DNA of 64,000 nucleotides from a candidate division WOR-3 bacterium (GTDB lineage Bacteria > Hydrothermota > Hydrothermia > Hydrothermales > JAJRUZ01), in NCBI GenBank assembly GCA_024277525.1, contig JAJRUZ010000008.1:20091-84090 (forward strand), in the 5' to 3' direction. A program made the position numbers and the translations under genes. Positions 58,205 to 64,000 of the stretch are shown one piece after another. The notes beneath the pieces were generated by a model. It searched no databases. It saw only the letters and a program-made list of their open reading frames with translations, and was not told the origin of the DNA. Numbering within the stretch: the first letter of the stretch is position 1; the number at the start of each line of letters is the position of its first letter.

Positions 58205-58807
58205 TCATATTTTTATTTTTCTCCAGAATTCTGTTGCGGATGGTCCTTCTTTTAAAACTATATATTTTGAATAAAGATGTTTTATTACAATTCCTTCATA
58301 TCCCTTTTTATTTGCCTCAATTAAATATTTTCTAAGGTCTTCTTTATTTTTTATTCTTTTATATTCTATTTTTGTAAATGGCTTTATGAAATTAATTTCA
58401 TCAAGAATTTGCTTTCTCTCTATTAAAGGAATTTTTCCGACATATTTTCCCTTATAAATTATTACATCAAAGACATACACAACAGGGTTTCCTCCCTTTT
58501 TTGTAAATAATGAAGGAATAAATCTTCTTCCCCTTTTGTCATAGAGTTCTGAATCAAGTATTGTTCCCTGTGGTAAAAATTTTTCTGCAATTTTAACAAG
58601 ATAGGAGAGTTTTTGTGTCCAGTTGGGATTTTTTTCAAGGCGCCTTCCCCAGAATTCTATTCTTCCGTCAAAATATCTTATTATCTGCATTCTCCATCCA
58701 TCGATTTTCGGTTCACATATCCAGTTTTCAAAATCAAGGTCTTCACCTAAGTAAGGTATCGGTTGCATAAGATAAACGGGTTTTATTTCCATTTGATAAA
58801 AAATCAA
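58205..58807 (-). CDS. Minimal ATP-dependent ligase-like nucleotidyltransferase domain protein (200 aa; KxDG motif).
   Basis: Motif I EPKIDGWRMQI (KxDGxR), a motif IV/V-like EGIVIK, and no OB or other accessory domains. Confidence 0.5.
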   Translation of the reverse strand: MIFYQMEIKPVYLMQPIPYLGEDLDFENWICEPKIDGWRMQIIRYFDGRIEFWGRRLEKNPNWTQKLSYLVKIAEKFLPQGTILDSELYDKRGRRFIPSLFTKKGGNPVVYVFDVIIYKGKYVGKIPLIERKQILDEINFIKPFTKIEYKRIKNKEDLRKYLIEANKKGYEGIVIKHLYSKYIVLKEGPSATEFWRKIKI

Positions 58808-58810
58808 AGA

Positions 58811-60019
58811 TTATTTTTTATTACTGAACTTAGGTTTTTTTGTATAAAATACACTTTCATCAACGATACAATATTTATACTTACCTTTCACCGAAGGTAA
58901 TCTGTATATTGCATCAAATAAAAGGTTCTCTATAAATACCTTTAAACCCCTTGCTCCCATTCCGAGTTTTTTGGCTTTTCTTGCTATTTCTTTTTTTACT
59001 CCATCTTTAAAAATAAGTCTTATTCCCTCACTCTCAAAAATCTTTTCATATTGCTTTAATATGGCATTTTCCGGCTCTTCAAGAATTTTCAAGAGCTCAT
59101 CCTCGGTTAATTCCCTTAAATGCACAATAACGGGTAATCTACCCACAAATTCTGGAATGAATCCGTACTCAATTATATCCTCGGGCAAGATTTCAAAATC
59201 ACTTTCTTCTTTTTCCTCTTCTTTTAAAAAACCTAATTTGGTTTTCCTTCTTCTTTTTTCAATCACTTTATCAAGCCCGATGAAGGTGCCTCCGCATATA
59301 AAGAGAATATTTGTGGTATCCACGGGAATGAAAGACTGTTCAGGATGTTTTCTTCCACCTTGAGGAGGTACATTTGCTATCGTTCCCTCAAGGATTCTCA
59401 GAAGAGCCTGCTGAACACCCTCTCCCCCAACATCCCTTGTAATTGAAGGTGAATCTCCTTTTCTTGCAAGTTTATCTATTTCATCTATATATATTATCCC
59501 TTTCTCCGCTTTTTTTATATCATAGTCTGCTGCTTGAAGCAATCTTAAAATTATGTTCTCCACATCCTCTCCTACATAACCCGCCTCTGTTAAAGGGGTT
59601 GCATCCACATGAGCAAAAGGTACATTTAAGATATTAGCAAGTGTTCTGGCAAGAAGCGTTTTGCCCGTTCCTGTAGGTCCTACAATTAAAACGTTACTCT
59701 TTTCAATACTTTTATCATTTAAATGAATCCTCTTATAATGCTGATAAACTGATACCGATAAAATCTTCTTTGCTTCTTCGTGTCCGACTACAAATTTATC
59801 AAGCTCTTTCTTTATCTCCTGAGGAGTGGGAACTACATAAAAGGAATCGGTTTTAACCCCTGTTCCCTCTTCATCAAAAAGTAAATCATAACAGAATTTG
59901 ACACAATCATCACATATAAAAGCTCCTGCACCTGCAAACATTCTCTTTACCTGAGCCTGTGCTCTTCCGCAAAAGGAACACCTGTCTTTTTTCTCCGGAT
60001 ACAATTTCTTTTCTTTCAT
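58811..60019 (-). CDS. clpX: ATP-dependent Clp protease ATP-binding subunit ClpX.
   Basis: N-terminal C4 zinc finger (CSFCGR...CDDC), Walker A GPTGTGKT, and sensor motifs. Confidence 0.95.
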   Translation of the reverse strand: MKEKKLYPEKKDRCSFCGRAQAQVKRMFAGAGAFICDDCVKFCYDLLFDEEGTGVKTDSFYVVPTPQEIKKELDKFVVGHEEAKKILSVSVYQHYKRIHLNDKSIEKSNVLIVGPTGTGKTLLARTLANILNVPFAHVDATPLTEAGYVGEDVENIILRLLQAADYDIKKAEKGIIYIDEIDKLARKGDSPSITRDVGGEGVQQALLRILEGTIANVPPQGGRKHPEQSFIPVDTTNILFICGGTFIGLDKVIEKRRRKTKLGFLKEEEKEESDFEILPEDIIEYGFIPEFVGRLPVIVHLRELTEDELLKILEEPENAILKQYEKIFESEGIRLIFKDGVKKEIARKAKKLGMGARGLKVFIENLLFDAIYRLPSVKGKYKYCIVDESVFYTKKPKFSNKK

Positions 60020-60615
60020 TTTATCTCTTTTCTTGAAGAAATTATTTCATCAATTAATCCGTAAGTAAGAGCCTCATTGGGAGACATGAAATAGTTCCTG
60101 TCCGTATCTTTTTCAATCTTTTCCTTGGGTTGTCCTGTATGTTTTGAAAGTATTTCATTTATTATATCTCTCATTTTCATGATTTCCTCTGCATGAATTT
60201 TGATATCAATTGCCTGACCCTGAACACCACCCATCGGCTGATGAATCATGATTCTTGAATGAGGCAAAGCATACCTTTTACCTTTTGTTCCCGCTGCTAA
60301 AAGTACAGCAGCCATACTTGCTGCCATTCCTATGCATATTGTATTAACATCCGGTCTTATATATTGGATGGTATCGTATATCGCAAGTCCTGAGGTTATA
60401 TAACCACCGGGACAGTTTATATAAAGGTAAATATCCTTTTTCGGATTCTCTGCTTCAAGATATAAAAGCTGTGCTATAACAAGATTTGCAACCTGATCAT
60501 CTATCGGCATTCCCAGAAACACAATTCTGTCCTTTAGAAGTCTGGAATATATATCATACGCCCTTTCGTATCTTCCTGTTTGTTCTATCACAAAAGGAAT
60601 GGTCTGACCCTTCAT
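60016..60615 (-). CDS. clpP: ATP-dependent Clp protease proteolytic subunit ClpP.
   Basis: Catalytic Ser context GMAASMAA, plus His and Asp motifs. Confidence 0.95.
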   Translation of the reverse strand: MKGQTIPFVIEQTGRYERAYDIYSRLLKDRIVFLGMPIDDQVANLVIAQLLYLEAENPKKDIYLYINCPGGYITSGLAIYDTIQYIRPDVNTICIGMAASMAAVLLAAGTKGKRYALPHSRIMIHQPMGGVQGQAIDIKIHAEEIMKMRDIINEILSKHTGQPKEKIEKDTDRNYFMSPNEALTYGLIDEIISSRKEIK

Positions 60616-61802
60616 TCTATAATCACCTCCATTTTTACCTGAGATTTCAAAAACTCCATTGCTTTTCTTCTTTTAATACTTCTTTCAACCTCCTTAATTG
60701 CGCCCCTTTCTTCTAAACTCCTTCTTAAATTTTGGGGGTTCATTCTGTAAATAGAAGCAAGACTCTCAATTTCCCTGTCAACTTCCTCCTTTTTTACCTC
60801 AACTTTTAGCTGTTCTGCTAACCTGTCAAGCAATAGACGCCTTCTGATTTTCTCTTCCGCAACCTTTATAAGTTCCTCACCCATCTCCTTAACCTCTTCT
60901 TCCCTCAATCCGTACCTTGCAATAATATTCCGTACTTCTTCTTCAATATAACTCCTGGGAACAGGAACAGGATTTAATTTTGACAGTTCTTCAAGAATTC
61001 TGTTTTCAAGCTCCTCCTCGGATTCCCTCTGTAAGTCTTCGTTTATTTCTTCTGAAATCTTTTTTCTGAATTCCTCCATGTTTTCCATCTCAAACATCTT
61101 TGCAAATTCATCATCAAGAGGGGGAAGAATAACCTCTTTAACAGACAGAACCTTACCTTCATAAATTAATGTTCCCTGTTCTTCGTTTCTTGCAATTTTA
61201 AAACTCTCTCCCCTTTTTTTACCCTCAAGCTCATTATAAAAATCAGGAGGAACATTTTCCTTTGTAAATTTAAAGGACTCGGTTTTATCTTTTACCAATT
61301 GCCTTCCGCTTATATCCGAGACATTATATTTAAGAACAAGAAAATCACCCTCCTTTGCTCCCCCTTCTTTATCTTTCAATTCCGCAACCGATTCCTGATA
61401 TTTTTTTATTCTTTTCTCAACCTCATCGGGTGAAGCCCTTTTTATTCTCTTTTCAACCTTTATACTTTCATAACCTTTAACTTCGAAGGGAGGGAGGACT
61501 TCATACAAAACAACAATTTCAAACCCATCATCTTTTTCTTTTTTTTCTTTAAGATAAATAGGCGAGGCAAGTTTTGAATTTTCCTTTTCAACTTCCTTTA
61601 AAACTTTTTCCCTTACATATTCTTCAATAGCATCTTCCTCTATTTCCTTTGCAAATTTTGTTTTTACAATTTCAAGCGGAGCTTTACCCGGTCTGAAACC
61701 CTGGATTTTCACATTTTTCTGATAATCTTTGGCAATCTTTAAAAGAAGATCTTTTAAATCTTCTTTTTTTATTTCAAGTTTTAAAGTTCTTTCAGTGTCC
61801 AT
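60612..61802 (-). CDS. tig: Trigger factor.
   Basis: Ribosome-binding signature GFRPGKAP in the N-terminal domain; canonical tig-clpP-clpX order. Confidence 0.9.
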   Translation of the reverse strand: MDTERTLKLEIKKEDLKDLLLKIAKDYQKNVKIQGFRPGKAPLEIVKTKFAKEIEEDAIEEYVREKVLKEVEKENSKLASPIYLKEKKEKDDGFEIVVLYEVLPPFEVKGYESIKVEKRIKRASPDEVEKRIKKYQESVAELKDKEGGAKEGDFLVLKYNVSDISGRQLVKDKTESFKFTKENVPPDFYNELEGKKRGESFKIARNEEQGTLIYEGKVLSVKEVILPPLDDEFAKMFEMENMEEFRKKISEEINEDLQRESEEELENRILEELSKLNPVPVPRSYIEEEVRNIIARYGLREEEVKEMGEELIKVAEEKIRRRLLLDRLAEQLKVEVKKEEVDREIESLASIYRMNPQNLRRSLEERGAIKEVERSIKRRKAMEFLKSQVKMEVIIE

Positions 61803-61808
61803 TTAAAA

Positions 61809-62903
61809 TTATTTACCAAAATTGTTCCTTTTTTCAAACCACTCTTTAAATTTTAAGATACCTTCCGCAATCGCCTTTGCTATTTTCTTCTGAAAAGATT
61901 TACTTCTTAACAGTTTTTCTTCCTTAGGAGTTGTTATAAATCCCATTTCAATCAAAACAGCAGGAGAATAACATCCGTTTAAGACATAAAAACCAGCCTG
62001 TTTCATTCCCCTGTCCGCAAGTCCGGTATTTTTTGAGACCGTTTTTTGTAATATTTCCGCAAGTTTTTGTGATTCGTATAAAAATTCCGCCTGTGCCATA
62101 TCCATCAAAATTGCCTCAATTACACCATCAGGCACTTTTTGCTCCGGGAATTCATATTTTAATGAAGCATTCTCAAGAGCAGCAACAGCCCTTTCCCAAT
62201 CGGTCTTTGCCTCTGAAAGGAAATAAACCTCAACACCGTTTGATGTCTTTGTTATCCTCCTTGAAGCATTACAATGCAAAGACAGAAAAAGGTCCGCACC
62301 GACTCTATTCGCAAATCTTGTCCTGGCTCCGAGTGTAATAAAAGTATCTTTTTCTCTTGTTAGATAAACCTCTAACCCTCTTTTTTCAAGCTCCTTTTTT
62401 AAATATTTTGCAACTGCTAAATTAACATCCTTCTCCTTTGTTCCCTTTCTTCCGATAGCCCCCGCATCCCTGCCACCGTGTCCGGGATCAATCACAATCT
62501 TTTTTATTTTCCTTATAACCCTCTTTGTCTCAATCTCCTGAGGAATATTTATTTTCTTTTCTTTATTCAAAGTATCAGGAATACTGCCTGTCAAAAAAAT
62601 GGCAAAATATTTCTTTTTATTCTCTATTCTGTATTTATTGCAAAAAACCCCCAGATTTAACTCCAAAATCCCGTAATTTCCTTGTTTTTTTATTGAAATC
62701 CCGTCCAAAATCGGATGAGAAAGTTTTGACGAAAAACTCAAAACAGAGTCAACTCCGTAAAATCTGATTAAAATCTTATAATTTTCAACTTGTTTTTCAT
62801 ATTTTAAAGGACCGTTTACAAAAAATGTAACCTTTACGGTATCCCTTAATTTATAAATTTCAGGAGGATTCAAAACAAAAGAAGTCAAAATTAACCCAAT
62901 CAT
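61809..62903 (-). CDS. N-acetylmuramoyl-L-alanine amidase (Amidase_3) with an N-terminal AMIN-like domain.
   Basis: IVIDPGHGGRDAGAIG...LSLHCNA zinc-site motifs. Confidence 0.8.
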   Translation of the reverse strand: MIGLILTSFVLNPPEIYKLRDTVKVTFFVNGPLKYEKQVENYKILIRFYGVDSVLSFSSKLSHPILDGISIKKQGNYGILELNLGVFCNKYRIENKKKYFAIFLTGSIPDTLNKEKKINIPQEIETKRVIRKIKKIVIDPGHGGRDAGAIGRKGTKEKDVNLAVAKYLKKELEKRGLEVYLTREKDTFITLGARTRFANRVGADLFLSLHCNASRRITKTSNGVEVYFLSEAKTDWERAVAALENASLKYEFPEQKVPDGVIEAILMDMAQAEFLYESQKLAEILQKTVSKNTGLADRGMKQAGFYVLNGCYSPAVLIEMGFITTPKEEKLLRSKSFQKKIAKAIAEGILKFKEWFEKRNNFGK

Positions 62904-63355
62904 TTCAAAATATATTTCTTCAATTCCCTTTCCATTTCCCTTCTTTTAATTGCTTCTTTTTTTTCATATTTTTTCTTCTTTTTTGCAAGGGCAATTTTTA
63001 TCTTTACCCATGGTCCTTTGAAATAAACTTTTAAAGGAATTAACACAAATCCCTTTTCCTTCCATTTACCGATCAATCTTTTAAGTTCTCTTTTTGTGAG
63101 TAAGAGTTTCTTTTTTCTTTCCGGATCAGGAAAAAATTTTCCCGCAGGAGGATAAGGTGCAATATAAAATCCATAAATAAATGCCTCTCCGTTTTCAATC
63201 TTAACATAGGCTTCTTTAATGGATGCGGTTCCCTCCCTTATTGACTTTACCTCTGCTCCTTTGAGAACAATGCCACAATCGTAAGTTTCAAAAATTTCAT
63301 AATCACTCTTTGCTCTTTTATTCTCAATTACCGGTGCTTTTCTTTTTATTTTCAT
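62900..63355 (-). CDS. smpB: SsrA-binding protein SmpB.
   Basis: NKRAKSDYEIFETYDCGIVLKGAEVKSIR... Confidence 0.9.
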   Translation of the reverse strand: MKIKRKAPVIENKRAKSDYEIFETYDCGIVLKGAEVKSIREGTASIKEAYVKIENGEAFIYGFYIAPYPPAGKFFPDPERKKKLLLTKRELKRLIGKWKEKGFVLIPLKVYFKGPWVKIKIALAKKKKKYEKKEAIKRREMERELKKYILK

Positions 63356-63361
63356 CTTTAA

Positions 63362-63751
63362 TTATACAAGAATTTTGAGAAAATAACCAAAAAATTCATC
63401 GGGTGTATCACCCGGCAAAACAAAATTTAACTCTTTTCTTATGCCGAAAACAGGAAAATCCTCTGAAAGATATTTATAAAATATTCCCCTGTCTTTTTTC
63501 CTTATATCAACGATTAAGTCCCTTTTACTTAAAATACGAAGGAATTCATCCTCATTTTCCTTATTTTCTTTTATAAGAATGAATCTTTTCTGAAATTTAA
63601 TTTTTTTCAAAACATTTTCCAGTGATTTCCTGTCTCCGTCGTATATTATAATTAATTTATCAAAGTTTTCAAGATTCAAAGGAAAAGAAATCAGTCTTTT
63701 TTCCGGTTTTATTTTAAAAATCCTTAAAAAAAACTTTTTAATAACATTCAT
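63362..63751 (-). CDS. Hypothetical protein.
   Basis: 129-aa ORF in operon context upstream of smpB; no recognisable motifs. Confidence 0.3.
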   Translation of the reverse strand: MNVIKKFFLRIFKIKPEKRLISFPLNLENFDKLIIIYDGDRKSLENVLKKIKFQKRFILIKENKENEDEFLRILSKRDLIVDIRKKDRGIFYKYLSEDFPVFGIRKELNFVLPGDTPDEFFGYFLKILV

Positions 63752-64000
63752 TAAAAGACCAAAAATAAGCCCAGTTTAAAAAAAGTGATAAAAGTTTTGT
63801 CATCAAAAAAACTTTTTAATCCTATGGAAGGAGATATTTGATTGGGTATTCTCAGGAAAAAATTCAGTGACGAGAAGTATCCGCTTTCTTTGAATTCGTT
63901 TTTCTCTTTCACAGCATAAACAAAGCCCGGAGAAAATTGTAAAATTAAATATTTTCTTATTTTTTTTGAAAAACAGAGATTTAATTCGTAATTCTTCAGG

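Noticed and set aside
63752-64000. tmRNA (ssrA) expected near smpB
   Set aside because: No tRNA-like 3' domain (GGTTCGA...CCA) or tag-reading-frame signature is visible in the remaining 250 nt. It is probably encoded elsewhere or beyond the window.

Overview
This is an AT-rich (roughly one-third GC) bacterial chromosomal segment, gene-dense and mostly encoded on the minus strand. Reading 5'->3', it contains the following.

1. A Tad/Flp-type pilus/secretion locus (1-11304, minus strand): CpaB, a secreted beta-propeller protein, a membrane protein, a TadD-like TPR protein, TadC, TadB, a fused CpaE-CpaF ATPase, a CpaC-family secretin and a lipoprotein.
2. An isolated fragment of the spc ribosomal-protein operon, S17-L14-L24-L5-S14(Z)-S8-L6-L18 (11445-14475, plus strand). 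It sits behind a near-consensus sigma70 promoter and is translationally coupled at its 3' end to a GT4 glycosyltransferase. S5, L30, L15 and SecY are absent.
3. Cyanophycin synthetase (cphA) and cyanophycinase (cphB), a VanZ-like protein, an AsnA-like class-II aaRS-core protein and an MBL-fold hydrolase.
4. An envelope-glycan block: an ArnT/PMT-like GT-C membrane protein split at a poly-T tract, an MthK-like channel with a TVGYR selectivity filter, a GT9 heptosyltransferase and a creatininase-family protein, followed by thiC.
5. A polysaccharide (O-antigen/EPS-type) locus of about 16 kb, 29658-45383 plus 49861-52969: rfbA, rfbB, wzx, an AP-superfamily protein, one GT2 and several GT4/GT1, a P-loop protein, a kinase-fold protein, wzy, wecA, wzc and wza. 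Both wzy and wzc carry single in-frame stop codons.
6. Two accessory islands that bracket and split that locus (28.0-29.7 kb and 45.4-49.9 kb). They hold toxin-antitoxin/defence-type cassettes and pseudogenes: DUF4258/DUF2283, an AbiEi remnant, HEPN/MNT, HicAB with a frameshifted hicA, a frameshifted COG1373/DUF4143 ATPase, and a catalytically degenerate MNT-like mini-protein with a decayed paralog. They are also saturated with a repeat-element family I do not recognise. Its units are degenerate 9-bp-periodic arrays, TTTRTYGNG and GCGRGANNN, built around a TTTATAAATAT core and a GATTGATTAT terminus. The elements occur in both orientations and are interspersed with CCCCTT-loop-AAGGGG hairpins.
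7. Acyl-CoA dehydrogenase, a PrcB_C-like lipoprotein, ComEA, a hypothetical protein plus GCS2-type carboxylate-amine ligase operon, and a minimal 200-aa KxDG ligase-like protein.
8. tig-clpP-clpX, an Ami-family amidase, smpB and a hypothetical protein.

No rRNA, tRNA or CRISPR array was found.
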